The notes under the pieces are model-generated. The model was not told where the DNA came from and ran no database searches. It was given only the letters and a program-made list of their open reading frames with translations. A DNA stretch of 64,000 nt from the human T2T-CHM13v2.0 reference genome, Homo sapiens. Position 1 is the first letter of the stretch. Each line of letters starts with the position of its first letter. A program made the position numbers and the translations under genes. Positions 42,035 through 60,821 of the stretch are shown here, piece by piece. The stretch lies in the NCBI RefSeq assembly GCF_009914755.1, contig NC_060925.1; one strand, 5' to 3'.

Positions 42035-43220
42035 TTATTTTCCACTGCTGACAAATACAAATTGTAAATATTTATGGTGTAAAACATGATGTTTAAAATA
42101 GTGAACATTGTAGAATGGCTAAACCAGTCTAATATGTGCATTACCTCACATAATTTTCACTTTTTATGGTATAAACACAAAATCTACTCTGTTCAAAATT
42201 TTGAAATATACATTGTTGTTAACTATAGTCACCATGTTAATAGATCTCTTAAGTTTATTTTTCCTGTCTAACTAAAATTTTATATCCTTTGACCAATATC
42301 TCTCCAACTCACTGGCAATTGCTATTCTACTTTTTGCTTCAGTGAGGTAAACTATATTTTATTCCACGTATAAATGAGAAAATCTTTTATTTCTTATTCT
42401 GTGCCTGGCTTATTTCACCTAACATAATGTTCTTCAGATTCATCCATGTTGTCATAAATGATGGGGTATCCTTCTCTTTTTTCTGGCTGAATAGTATCCC
42501 ATTTTGTAAATATATATGTATATATGTATATTTGTATGCATATATATGCACACATATATTTGTATATATACACATGTATATTTGTGCAATACACACATAT
42601 ACACATGTACACAAATGTATGTATGTGTATATACATTAATATATGTACACACACATTATTTATCCATTCATCTGTTAATGGAATCCTAGGTCTATTTCAT
42701 TTCTTGGGTAAGGTGAATAATACTGGAATGTTCATTGGAGTGCGGATACAGCTTTGACATACTACTGATTCCATTTCCTTTAGATACATGCACAGCAGTG
42801 GGATTGCTAGATTACATGGTAGCTCTATTTTTACTTTTTTGAGGAAATTCTGTATTTTCTTCTATGATATATAACTAATTTACATTACTGCCAACAGTGA
42901 ACAAGGGTTCCCTTTCTCCACCTCCTTGCTAACACTTTTTATCTTTCTTGTTTCTGATAATGGCCATTCTAATGGAGTGAGGTGATGTGTCATTGTGATA
43001 TTAGCTTGTATTTCCCTGATGATTAATGATGTTTAGCATTTTTCTTACACCTGTTAGACACTTCTCCGTCTTCTTTTGAGAGATGACTATTTCCATCCTT
43101 TCCCATTTTTTAATCAGTATATCTATTTCCTGCTTTTGAGTTCAGTTCCTTATATATTTGGCATTTTAACACCTTATCAGAAGTATACTTTCCAAATATA
43201 TGATTTCATATCATAGGTTA
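42035..43220 (-). mobile_element. L1MA 3' portion with internal (TA/CA)n at 42510-42655
   Basis: ttgttaactatagtcaccatg..gcctggcttatttcacctaacataatg..cagtgggattgctagatta. Confidence 0.85.
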
Positions 43221-43231
43221 TTATATATACA

Positions 43232-43290
43232 CAGATGCTCCTTGCCTTATGATGGGATTATATCCTCTATAAATCCATCACAAATTGAAG
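43232..43290 (+). mobile_element. MER47/Tigger-type DNA transposon end
   Basis: cagatgctccttgccttatgatgggattata..aaatccatcacaaattgaa. Confidence 0.55.
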
Positions 43291-45708
43291 ATCTATAAAA
43301 ATAAGATTAAAATTTCAAAAATTTAAAAATTTAATAAAAATAAAAATTGTGCTAAACTATTGCAAACATTATATAAGATTTGTATTACTATCTTTAAAAT
43401 AAAGCCTAATTTTAAAAATTAAAGAAATTTTAAATATCAATTGTGCTTGTATATGTAATCTGGCTAAATCTGAACCATCTTACTCCCTCCACATTCAGAA
43501 GTTTCCACTCTGAATCTTAACACATCTTTCTTTAGCAGGAATTAATGAAAATGTATTCTAATTTTATGTAGAAGAATACAGAAGAATATACAGGGAATGT
43601 ATCCAAAATTGCAACACTTTAAAAAGGAATTATTTTATCAGACAAATTATATTTTTTGAAAAATCAAATTATTAAAAGAAATTTTAAAAATTATTAGTAA
43701 AACAATATAAAACTCAAAAATTGTTATTAGTATATATGCTGATTTTTTATAGAAAAAATTATTCATCAGTTCACTGGACAAAGGCAGATTATAATTACTT
43801 AATACAGGAAAATTGTTGTCTATCTGAAGGGAAAAAGTATCTCATGTCACAAAATAACTGATCTTAAGTGGATTAAAAATGTAAGCTAAAAATGACATAA
43901 ATTAAGTAACATTTAAGAGCTTGAAGAAAGTGGTTTGGAATCTATAAGACAGAAAGTGTTAATGTCTATGCTAGATGAGGATTCCTTAGAAATTGAAAGC
44001 AAAGTAAGTATAAACGCCATATGAAATAGAGACATAATCAACATTCAAAGGAGCATAAAATTCACAGAGAAATAAATCCAGTACACAGCAAATCAAAATT
44101 AAATACCAATGATAATGTTTATGTCTAGGAAGCTGTCAACAGTCAAAGACTCACTGTTACTAATTCTCACCTGAGAAGTGGCAAAAAGGGCCCAATACAT
44201 ACTTTTGGTATTTAAACAAAATGATGGGTTTTTATTTGGTTTCATTTTGTTTTGCTAAACAGACTATTGACAACACAACTACCTGTTACCCTAGACCCAC
44301 TAATCTCATTCCTGGGTATTTATCATACTGAAGCGAAAGCCACTGCATGTCACTATATATGAGGATGTTCATTACAGCTTCCTTCAAAGGACAACGGGAT
44401 GACAAAGAAGTGTCCAAAAAATATAAAGATTGCATCTAAGAGGTATTTGAGGGACAGTCAGAACTTGTGGGCCCTTGTTGTAAATTGGAAATAATTTGGC
44501 TGAAAATAGAGACATGCATTACCTGGCTTAGGTTTTAAATATTGGTAGCTGGGGAAGTGTTCATAGAGTGTCAGATTCTACATTTGTGTTGAATTCCAAG
44601 CCACCAAGGTTTGCTGATGTGGTATGAGAAAGAGGAGAGACAGAGAGCAGTCAAGAATCTCATGTCCTGGAGGTGGGCAGGATTCCTGAGGAACTTTGTG
44701 TTATGAACATCTTGCCTCTTTCTATCCCTGGTGGGTGAAGGTAAATGGAAATGGGTCCCCAGAGACCTGCCTGCTTTGGAAGGCCCCTCCCTCCCTCCAG
44801 GACCATCTGCTTTTAGAAGCTGATCACAACACATAGCCTTGTAAATCTCCAAATCTATATATGTAGCTCTGCATATTCACTTTTATACCCATTTATTACT
44901 CTCCCCAAGTGCTCAATATTGTCTCCCATGGCCTCTGTAACTTATGGTAATTGCATGTTTCCCATAGATCTTCAGTATCTTTGCTCCTCTGGAAACATGG
45001 TGCCTGCATCCTTCCCGGCAGCCCTCTCACGATGGTGATAGACACGCCCTGGAAGAAGGACTCACTGCCCAGCTGCAGTGAGGTCATCAGACAGGTTGAG
45101 GCTGTCAGCATCTTCAGGGACTCTTTAAGGAAGGAGGACATGTCCCTCAGGGACAGCCCACTGGTGAATGAGGGATTTAGAGGTGGAGGAATAACTGGGG
45201 TGGGCAAAGCTTGCTCCCCAGCCCTGATCAGGGTGAAGTATCCTGAATCCTCTTTCTGTGCAATCCTCCCTTCTTTCACTTTTCCCCACATTCCTAAAGT
45301 GCATTCAAATCACTTTCAGTGTCTGTGTCCAGAGAACTCCACCTGCCACATAGGTGGACACTGATTTCTCTTTTGTTCTCTTACATCACTCAGTCTGGAG
45401 CAGGGCAAGGTCCACCTTGCTGTTTCTCTACCAGCTCTAGATCACATTCTCCCCTTCCCCTAAAAGTTGACCAGTTGTTTTGAATTTTATTCCAAGGGGC
45501 TATACCACTCTCTGCTGCTTTTGTTGAAACATCTACCACTCTAAGATCCATCACCCTAGATGAACATGCCCAACTTGCCACAGCGTCCAGTTCTCATTAT
45601 CCTAGACATAGTGAAAATGAGGAATGTTGTGCGCCTGGTTCAATGGATCTGTGAAGTAATGACATGTATCCTAATGTTAGTTTTAAGCTGATGTTATAAA
45701 TGTGTGAA

Positions 45709-48116
<2,408 letters not shown>

Positions 48117-48265
48117 AAATTTTAATTCTATTATTTTAACATCATCTTATATTCATACTTTATACATCACTACATAAAAGTTTTTGAGATCTTGATTATA
48201 ACATGTGTTGGCATAAATATGTTAGTATAAATTGTTGGTGTTTCCACTCTACTCCCAACCATTTT

Positions 48266-48673
48266 CTTTTTTTTAATTTAATTTAATTTAATTTATTTAT
48301 TATTATTATACTTTAAGTTTTAGGGTACATGTGCACAATGTGCAGGTTAGTTACATATGTATACGTGTGCCATGTTGGTGTGCTACACCAACTTGTCATC
48401 TAGCATTAGGTATATCTCCCAGAGCTATCCTTCCCCCCTCCCCCCACCTCACAAGAGTCCCCAGAGTGTGATGTTCCCCTTCCTGTGTCCATGTGTTCTC
48501 ATTGTTTAATTCCCACCTATGAGTGAGAATATGTGGTGTTTGGTGTTTTGTTCTTGCGATAGTTTACTGAGAGTGATGATTTCCAATTTCATCCATGTCC
48601 CTACAAAGGACATGAACTCATCATTTTTTATGGCTGCATAGTATTCCATGGTGTATATGTGCCACATTTTCTT
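48266..48673 (-). mobile_element. Short young L1PA2/3 3' end
   Basis: catctagcattagg, gcgatagtttactgag; TSD aaccattttc on both sides. Confidence 0.93.
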
Positions 48674-51653
48674 AACCATTTTCATAGTTAAAATCTGAAA
48701 GGAGACTCTGTTGCTTTGAGAAAACCACTTTATTTTTCAGTGATGTCAATGAACAGGTATCCAGAGCTTATAAGAAGAAGTTTGTGTGCCTGAAATCAAA
48801 AAGAAATTTTCAATGTTATCTTTATCTTTTTAAATAAGTTATAAAGTTAGGGTTGTCTGTTCAAATTTAGTTATTTTGTCACCTAATTTAGATCATGGAT
48901 TGACAACATACACGTATAAGAAAATATAGTTGCAGAGGTAAACGGTAACTTAGATTTTCTCCAAATTATCATTCTTTATTTTTCTGATTTATTTAATTGC
49001 ATAAACTACACATTCCTTATTGCATTCAAGCCAACGAAGCAGATTTTGTTTTACTTTTCTACTTTACAAAGACAAAAATAGAGGGAAGTTGTTCACTAGT
49101 ATTGCTTTGACCTCATAGCAATTGAAATACATAGTCAGTTCCCAGTTTGTATAAGTAATTGAGATATTTAGAATCGGAGTAATGAAAGAACTCACACTGT
49201 TTCGATTATGCTCTGCTTATGGGATCATGGTGAAGAAAATCCCTCAGCCAGTACCCGGTGCTGCGCTGCTCTGATTATATAGGACAAAGCTTAATGCACA
49301 AAAGTTATTCAGTTGCATTTAATCCTTGTTAGTTTGTTTTCTTTTGAGAAAATCATGTTTGAAGATCATCAGTTCATGTCACACAGAGCCTCCTATATAG
49401 AATCTTCATAAGTATATTCAGTATAAATAGTGGTGTCAACCATGGCAACAGGCCAGTAGTGAATTCTCAATGCAAATGAGTTAACTAATGGTTATCAACT
49501 TTTGCTGAAGACTCATTATTGGCACATGCATTAATGATGTAATCCTTGTAACAATCCTGTGAATGCCTATTTTAAAAGATTGGCAACACGTGGATATTGT
49601 CACTTGCTCTGTCAAAGTGAAGTCAGAACAGTGGTGACATTGCCTACAAAGCAAACAACGCACTGAGTGTTGAAATTCCCTGTTTGGGAACTGGTTTAGC
49701 TGAGGTGATTAAGAATGAAGCAGCAAATGGTTTTGTCTTATACTAACTGCTCACTGGGTTTTATGGGCCATTGTGTCATAACTAAACATATTATTGTGTT
49801 CACTTTTTCCTCTGAAAGAGGCAATTTGTCATTTGTGTTAATTCATTATAATAAGAAGGGACTTGGTTAATAAATGTTTTTTAACATTCAAGAAGACATT
49901 TTCTGCTTTTCTTTGTGTCTTCTGGGAAAACGAAATCTGTGTCATTTTGACCTCAGTGTACATGTGTCCATCTATGTTTGTCAAATAAAAATAACATAAA
50001 AATATATATTGAATTTGATGAATTAATGACATTATCTATTTGAAGCAATAAAAAATCACAAGGAAACAATTTCACAAATTTAATTCCATAATTATTAAAA
50101 GCTTGCATTAAATAAAAAATAATATCAGTATAATTAAAGAGAAAACTGGAGATGAAAAGTATTTACATGTAGTAGGTGTTAGTGTCTATAACTTTACAAA
50201 AGCACATTCAAGTTAAACACAAATGTTACGATGGAGTAGATAAATAAGCAAAATACATGAATAGATGATTGACTTAAAAGGTAAATTAGCACATTTCTCT
50301 GCATGCTGAACAAATAATAAATGGAAGCAATCCCTGTGTCACATTTTTATTGAAAAAAGCACCCCATGCAGTTAATATACAAATATAATTATAAAAATTG
50401 AATGGACTCAGTCTTTGTTGAAAACATACACATAGACATACACACACACACATAATTTTAAATATTTTCATAGACCTAATATATTATGAAATATTTGAAG
50501 ACATAATTATGTGCTCCAAAGACTTGCCTGAGAAAAATACCATTGTCAGTACACAGCTCTACATTTCACAAAGAGTAATTTAAGAAACTGGAAATTTGTA
50601 GTACAGATGCTGCAGAGAAAAATAATTCACATATTCTTCCAAGTTTATTTCACTTAATAGATTACATGATAGAAGAAAAAATATCTATTAGTAGAAGAAA
50701 GATTGAGCAATGTATGAGATAACTAGAAGGAAGTCCATCTAGCAGAAAATCTAATACTGGGCTTCCAAATACCATAATAAAGACTAAGGGGAAACCTCAA
50801 AATAACTATAATTAAAATGAATATCTAAAATAGTCAAAGCCTATATATAATATATATATATATTTAAATATGTATTTAAATATACACATTTAAAATGTAT
50901 ACATGGGAACCTTTTAAAACTATTTATATACTGATTTGTTTTGTAACTAGAGCATTAGGAAAGCCATGTTAAGGTTAATAAAACATCAATACAAATTAAT
51001 AATTATTTTGACATCTGCCTTCAATGACAGTTGCTTTATTTCTTTGAGTGCTGATATCTTTCTCTGGCAAAATTCAATTAATATGCATTTTCTATTTGAC
51101 CTTTTACCAAAAATGCAAAATGACCATATAGAAGAAAAGAAAACGTCCCATTCAAATTAATTTTTGAGTAAGACCACTTTTTTCATTTTATTCTTCTCAG
51201 TGACATTTAAATAGTCAAGTCAATACAAGGAATAAATATGGATAATTTGTCAAAGAATTCTATAAGATTTTTTTGTTCAGATTGATTAGGTCATAAGAGA
51301 GTAGAGGTTTGGGTTTTGTATTGCTGCTGCTGCTTCTTCAATAAGAGTTTTTAAGTGAGATAGTAAGTTCTAAACAAACATTCTTTCTTACATCATATTA
51401 AAGATAACTAGAAATCAGCTTATGTACACCACCCAAGAAGGGGTTTGGGAAATGGCTCCATTTTGTAAAAATTCAGAATTTTACTTAAGAATAGAAAAAT
51501 GTAATTAATTGCCCAAGGAAATTTTCTAATAAAATAATTGCTTTCATTTGTCTTTTTAAATTTTTACTTTTAAGAATTAGAGATAAAAATGAAGAATTAA
51601 TGTGTGTACATTATAAATGGTATCTATTATTGAAAGAAAAAAAGCAACAGCTT

Positions 51654-52580
51654 TTACTTTTTGGTGAGCTTTCCCTTTATCAACATCCCCAGAGCCACCT
51701 TTATGGCCTTGTTTCTCAAACTGTATATAATGGGATTAAAGGTTGGGGGCAGCATAGTGTAGAACACAGAAATTACAGCATCCAAAATAGAAGGAGACTC
51801 TGAAGCTGGCTTCAGATAAGCAATGAATCCAGTGGAAAGAAATAACACAACCAGCAAGTGTGGAAGGCAAGTAGAGTAGGCTTTTGACTGGCCTTCTGTG
51901 GAAGGGATCTTCTTGACTGTAGAGAAGACGTGGACATAGGTAATGATGATGACAATAAAACAGCAGAAATCCAAAACTACATTAATAAGGATGAGTGCAA
52001 TTTCTCTTATTAAATTTTCTGAGCAAGAAATAGCTAATAACTGGGGAATGTCACAGAAGAACTGATGGACCATGTTGGACCCACAGTAGGATAAGAAGGT
52101 GCCAGCTGTGTGCATCACAGCAATCAGACCCCCATACAGCCAAGACACAGTGGCTCTTTGGACACAGGTGCTCCTGTCCATGATGACATCATAGTGCAGA
52201 GGGTGACATATAGCAGTATAGCGGTCAAAGGACATCACCGTGAGGAGGAGCAGCTCTGCAGATGCTGAAGAAAGCAACAAAAAGACCTGGGAAACACAGC
52301 CAAGGAATGAAATGGAGTTGTTGTGTATCAAAGAATTGGCGATAGATTTGGGAGCCGTGACTGAAATAAGGCAGAGATCCAAGAAAGATAGATTCTTCAA
52401 GAAGAAATACACGGGGGTGTGGAGATGATGGTCCAAAGTTGTGATCATGATAATGAGGACATTCCCCATCAGGGCACACAAATAAATCAACAAGAAGAGA
52501 ATCGAATGCAAAATGCACATATTTTTATTGGTAGAAAACCCCATGAGGATAAATTCAGTCACGATTGTGAGATTTGCCAT
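51654..52580 (-). CDS. OR14A16: Olfactory receptor 14A16 (308 aa in this haplotype)
   Basis: MANLTIVTEFILMGF.., LHTPVYFFLKNLS, MSFDRYTAICHPLHY, HQFFCDIPQLL, KAYSTCLPHL, PPTFNPIIYSLRNK (family 14 signature); acceptor ttctccttttcctgcAG at 52597-52596. Confidence 0.92.
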   Translation of the reverse strand: MANLTIVTEFILMGFSTNKNMCILHSILFLLIYLCALMGNVLIIMITTLDHHLHTPVYFFLKNLSFLDLCLISVTAPKSIANSLIHNNSISFLGCVSQVFLLLSSASAELLLLTVMSFDRYTAICHPLHYDVIMDRSTCVQRATVSWLYGGLIAVMHTAGTFLSYCGSNMVHQFFCDIPQLLAISCSENLIREIALILINVVLDFCCFIVIIITYVHVFSTVKKIPSTEGQSKAYSTCLPHLLVVLFLSTGFIAYLKPASESPSILDAVISVFYTMLPPTFNPIIYSLRNKAIKVALGMLIKGKLTKK

Positions 52581-53295
52581 TATTGCAGGAGTAATCTGCA
52601 GGAAAAGGAGAAGACTGAAGTAAAATATCAATGTCCACTCTTTAAATATTAAATATATATAACACATATATTATTTAGCATACTGAAACACACACACGTA
52701 CCACACGTATGGTAATTCCATGCCAATTTGCCACAAAAAATACTTTCATCTAGTTCTTTTTTAGTGCATTGATCACCAAGCATTTCCTGATTAATTTCAT
52801 GTTATTGAGGCAATTTAGTTCACATAAATGCAGTTATAATATTATCCAAATATATCTTATGAAATATACTGAAAGATTAAAAATTTTCTACGGATGTTAT
52901 CAAAACTTAAAAACAAAGTTTTCCTGCCCATCTCTCTTGAAAACTCAAACCAACAAACCAATGGCTACTACATTGTACCATAGTCTTGCTCTTCCTACAT
53001 CTTGTCCCATGACTAACAGGACCTCAGTTTCAACACACCTTCCAAGAATTTGAACAATTAACAATTCTAAAAACAAAACTTAACTATTACAGACCTCCCT
53101 CAAGCTATTCTACAAAGTCTTTAACCTACTTACTCTCTAAAAAACTTTGTTTGCAGGTATTCTCACATTTGAAATTTTAATAAGAGATTGAACTAATGGT
53201 GCTTTTTTAACACCATAATTTGCAATCTTGTGCCTATAGTTTCATAGGACACACACATGGTTACTGTAGGCAACAGATCCTATAATATATGAGCT

Positions 53296-53600
53296 GGCCG
53301 GGTGCGGTGGCTCACGCCTGTAATCCCGGCACTTTGAGAGGCCCAGGCAGGTGGATCGCCTGACGTCAGGAGTTCAAGACCAGCCAGGACAACATGGTGA
53401 GACCCCATCTCTGCTAAAAATACAAAAAATTAGCTGGGTGTGGTGGCGGGCACCTATAATCCCTGCTACTTGGGAGGCTGAGGCAGGGTGAATCACTTGA
53501 ACCTGGGAGGCGGAGGCTGCAGTGAGCCGAGATCACACTATTGAACTCCTGCCTGGGCAACAGAGCGAGGCTCTGTCTCAAAACAAACAAATAAATAAAT
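53296..53600 (+). mobile_element. AluS
   Basis: Full dimer ggccgggtgcggtggctcacgcctgtaatccc..ctctgtctcaaaac. Confidence 0.95.
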
Positions 53601-55002
53601 ATTTTGTTAGCCTTATATTAACTGAATTACTCACTTTTCTTTTTTAATCCCCCATCTGCCACTTTGACTTTTTTCTCATATTTAATAAGTTAAACTATGT
53701 TTTCTCTTTCAAGCTTTTTTTCTCTTTCATCATAGCCAAGTTGTACAACGACAATGCGTGACCTTGCATATCACAATCTTAATGTTTTTATGTCCACTGC
53801 TTTCTCTGTTCCCCTCTATCCCTTCCAAAAAAGTATTGCAAATTATGGGGCAGGGGAGAAGGATCGCCACATAATTTGAACAAAATTCAGTTGGTCTTAC
53901 TCTGATGGAAAACTGTGGTTATTCATTCCTATTGCAGTGACATGTGGGGGCTTTCTAATTCTACAGATTGTATACATTGACCTTAATGTAAATTTAGTAA
54001 AATATTAAAACTGTACTTGACAATTTTCCTCCTGCACTCTCTTCTTTGGTTCTTTCTTTTAAATATTGTGCCTGTTCTCTCTCAGGAGTGATAGATAAAG
54101 AAAAATCACAGTGTAAATGTTGTTTGCTGAATTTAGGAGAGAAGTGATATAAACTAATTTTAATCTGTTAGAAATAAAACCCAGACATTTGAATGAACAG
54201 TTAAAAATAAATGTTAGGATTTATTACAGAAAAAGAAGTAAAAATATTTTGAGTGGTTTTTAAAAAATCATTTTAATGATGTTCGATTTGATTAATCTCT
54301 GTGGCTGTTCTTGTTAAAATATTGTGACTTCATCTTACAGCATCACTAATAGTCCCCGAGTGGTTGAGTAAAAAAGCATATGATTACTAAGACAGATGTC
54401 CATACGTGTCTCTGTCTTCTAGTATGAGGGAAACAAAATGGTAAGGGAAAATTGACTCAAAGACAGTGGTATTGATGATTCTGTCTGACTGAGCTTTCTT
54501 CATAATCGTTTAGAAGCTGGAAAGTATAGCATGCCTTTTTAAGAAGTACTTCACATTTTTTTTTAAGATTAGTCTTAAGTTTCTTGTTTCATTTATTTCT
54601 AGTTACCTCTCATTAATTTTGTGATTTCATTTAACATTTAATACACTTGCAGCTTAGTGTGGTAAATCCAAAAATATATCACTAAGAGTTACAACATCTG
54701 ATATTCATAATACATACTCCTCAACGAAGATACTATAATGTGCCAAAAGTATTAAAAATTATAATCCTATTGTGGAATACTTAAAATTAAAAAGATAAAA
54801 AGTAGTATTTTATCCCATTTCTGTGTGTGAAGTTCACTCACAGGAAAAGCTAATACTGCTACTTTGAATAATTTGAGCATCAGAGAAAAAATATATCTTT
54901 AGGTTTTATTAGTTTCTATTATTTGTAAAATAAGAATTTTAATTGTTCCCAAATCCAGACAAATTTTAACCCCAAAATTTTTAAAATATGAAATGTGATT
55001 TT

Positions 55003-55880
55003 TATCATCAGAGAAATGCAAGTAAAAACTATAATGATATAATGATCTTACCCCAATTAAAATGGATTTTATCCAAAAGACAGGCAATAACAAATGCTGG
55101 GGAGGATGTAGAGAAAAGGGAATTGTACACTGTTGGAGGGAATGTAAATTAGAACAGCCACTATGGACAACAGTATGGAGGTGCCTCCATAAACTAAAAA
55201 TAAAACTACCATATGATCCAGCAATCCCATTGCTAGGTATATAACTGAATGAAAGGAAATCAGTATATCAGAGAGGTATTTGCACTTGCATTTTTATTCA
55301 CTGTTCAGAATAGCTAACAGATGAGTAGATTTTAAAAATGTTGTGCATATGCACAATGGAATATTATTTACCCACAAAAACAAATGAAATCCTGTCATTT
55401 GTAACAACATGGATAGAACTAGAGGGCATTATGTTAAGTAAAATAAGCCAGGCTCAGAAGGACAAATTTTGCATGTTCTCACTCTAATTGGGAGCTAAAA
55501 ATCAAAGCAATTGAATTCATGAAGATAGAGAGTAGAATGGTGGTTCCCAGAGACTGAGAGGGTAGTAAGGAGTTTGGAGGAAAGTAGCAATAGTTAATGG
55601 GTGCAAAAATATCATTTAAAATGTGAATAAGATTTAGTATTTGATACACAACGAGGTGACTACAATCAACAGTAATTTATTGTATAATTAAAAATAAGAG
55701 AATGGAATTGGAATGTTCCTAACACAAATTATAAATGCTTGAGGTGATGAATGCCCCAATTACCCTAATATAATTTTTACACATCGTATATCTGAATCAA
55801 AACATCACAGGTACCCCATAAATATACACATCTCTATGTACCCACAAAAGTTAAAAATAAAAAATTTTTAAAAATAAAAA
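55003..55880 (+). mobile_element. L1MA 3' portion
   Basis: catcagagaaatgcaa..ccatatgatccagcaatccc..gtaccccataaatatac..gtacccacaaaa. Confidence 0.9.
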
Positions 55881-55974
55881 ATATAATGAGTTTTCTTTTA
55901 AAAAATGACTTACTCTATACCTCCAATCTGGCGCACGAAGATTCCAGATGTCTTCTGAGGCTTGTTTTCAATGC

Positions 55975-56400
55975 TTCTTTATTCATTTATAGAGTGCTTA
56001 CTAAAGGCCAGATCTTTCTGTTGGCAAACTTCAGTGAAAACAATGCAGTGAGTCAAATTCCAAAGGTGTGTGGGAAGTCACTTTCTCAAAACACCAGCTT
56101 CTCCATGTTGTGCTTAGAGAGAGGGTGTGTGAGGAGCAGAGGAAAGAGCTATCCCAGGAGATTGCGATGGGAGTAATACCATGAAGAACACAGGTGGGGG
56201 TATAACAGGTGAGGTTCAGAGTTTAGCACAGCCCCAGGGGAGCAGATTTTAAAAAAAAGACTAGGAGATGTGTTACAGAAAAAATGGAGAGCAGGATCAG
56301 GCAGACACTGCAGGTCATGGGAAGTAGTTTGTTTACTGTGAATGAGAGAAAAATCTGGATGGTTTTGAGTAGAGGAGTAGAATGATCCGACTTGAACTTT
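55975..56400 (-). mobile_element. L2 fragments
   Basis: cattta tagagtgcttacta; ggttttgagtagaggagtagaatgatccgacttg. Confidence 0.5.
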
Positions 56401-56404
56401 TTGT

Positions 56405-58980
<2,576 letters not shown>

Positions 58981-58981
58981 C

Positions 58982-59559
58982 TGTGGTAGTTAATTTTAGG
59001 TGTCAAACTTGACTGGATTAACAGAGGCTTAGGTGGCTGGTGAAGCTTTGTTTCTGGATGTGTCTGTGAGGGTGTTTCCGGAGGAGATTAACATGTGAGT
59101 CCATGTACTGAGAGAGGAAGGCCTGCCCTTAATGCCCTTAATGGGGCTGGGGTGTGTGTGTGTGGCGGGGGGGGGTGGGGATGCTGGCGAAAACTAACAG
59201 TAGGCAGAAGGGGGATTTTTTTTCTCTCTTTCTGTTATCTCTGTCTTCAGGAGTGAGATGCCTCTCCTCCTCTGGCCCTCAGACATCAGACTCCAGATTC
59301 TTCAGCTTTTGGACTCTGGGACTTGCACTAGTGGCCTCCCAAGGGCTCTTGGGCTTTTGGCCTTAGACTTAGGGCTGCACCATCAGTTTCCCTGGTTCTG
59401 AGGCTTTCAAACTGAATCATAATACCAGATTCTCTGATCATCCAACTCGCACTTGGCCTTTCTGGGACCTCTCTGCCTCTGTGATTATGTGAGCCAATTC
59501 CCCTGAATAAATCCCCTCTCATATATCCTATTGGTTATGCTTATCTGAAAACTCTAATA
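58982..59559 (+). mobile_element. ERVL solo LTR (MLT2B/C-like)
   Basis: tgtggtagttaattttaggtgtcaaacttgactggatta..gtgtctgtgagggtgtttccggaggagatt..gtgagccaattcccctgaataaatcccctc. Confidence 0.85.
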
Positions 59560-60066
59560 TAGGTTTAAAATTACTAATACATCTTTCAAATTACAGATTT
59601 CACACAACATCTAATAATCTGACTAGGCTCTCAGTTCATAATTAAGAGTGAGGAAGCTTATTGGGTATTCTAGGAGCAAAGACTGAACTTATCAATAGCT
59701 GAACTTCATCAAGAAAAGATGCAGAGGTTTTGAGGGATCTCAAACACAAATTTTTTCCAGAATTCAGTTTCCCCAGAAGGGAAGCATATAAAATATTTGG
59801 CCAGCTGAATGTAAGACTGTCACTTGAATTTTGTAAAATAAAATTAAGGGTTTCAAAATATATAATGTCTGTATTCTCTAAAGGACCCTATTGATTTGTA
59901 TTCCTTATTCCCACTACCCTTTGTGGGGTGCCTGATATCTCTGAGGCTTATCTCTGCTTCAACTTCTGCAGAACCTACATTCCACTACTTTTACCAGGAG
60001 TTGGAGTAATTTCTTAACTTTTGAGGTGAAGATCTAGAGTTGTGTCATAATATTAAAATAAAATAA

Positions 60067-60366
60067 GCCAGGCACACAGTGGCTCATGCCTGTAATCCCA
60101 ATGTTTTGGGAGGCAAAGGTGGAAGGATCACTTGAGGCCATGAGTTTGAGACAAACCTGAGCAACCTGGAGAGACCCCCATTTCTACAAAATAAAAAAAT
60201 AAAAACATTATCTGGTTATGGTGCTGCACACCTGTAATCCTTGCTACTCAGGAGGCTGAGGTGGGAGGATCCTTTGAGCCCAGGAGGTTGAGGCTGCACT
60301 CACTGAGCCATGATCATGACACTACACTCCAGCCTGGGTGACAGAGCAAGACCCTGCCTCTAAAAT
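60067..60366 (+). mobile_element. AluJ
   Basis: ggaaggatcacttgaggcc, gaggtgggaggatcc..gagcccaggaggttgaggctgca. Confidence 0.9.
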
Positions 60367-60821
60367 ATTATGACAAAAGATGATAAAATAAAATAGTTAC
60401 CCCAACATCTAGCATGACAATTAAATAATACCGTAAGTGCTGCAGTAGGTCTTCAAGCATGCATACAGAAAATAAATATAATATGGGAAAAAATGTTTTT
60501 AGGCAGTGGACATCAGAGCACAAAACTGTCAATTCTGAATGAATATTAGTGGAAAAATACTATGCAACTATTTTTTACTGGGAAGGATACGATAAATATG
60601 TATTTCCTATTTGGAAGCATCCAGAATTGGAGGAGACACACACTCAAAAGTTAAGCACCAATCCAAAATTCGAATTTAAAGTTATTAATATCATAAAATT
60701 GAATTGAATTAAAAGCAAAAATATAAAAATAAATAAAATAATATTCATATTGTTCTAAGTATCAGTATATCATCCAGATAAGCTGTAAAATTTAATACCG
60801 TTCCAACAATACCTTTACAAT

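Noticed and set aside
52581-52667. 29-aa upstream extension of OR14A16 (MCYIYLIFK..)
   Set aside because: It crosses the acceptor at 52597-52596; the genuine start is MANLT with the N-glycosylation site
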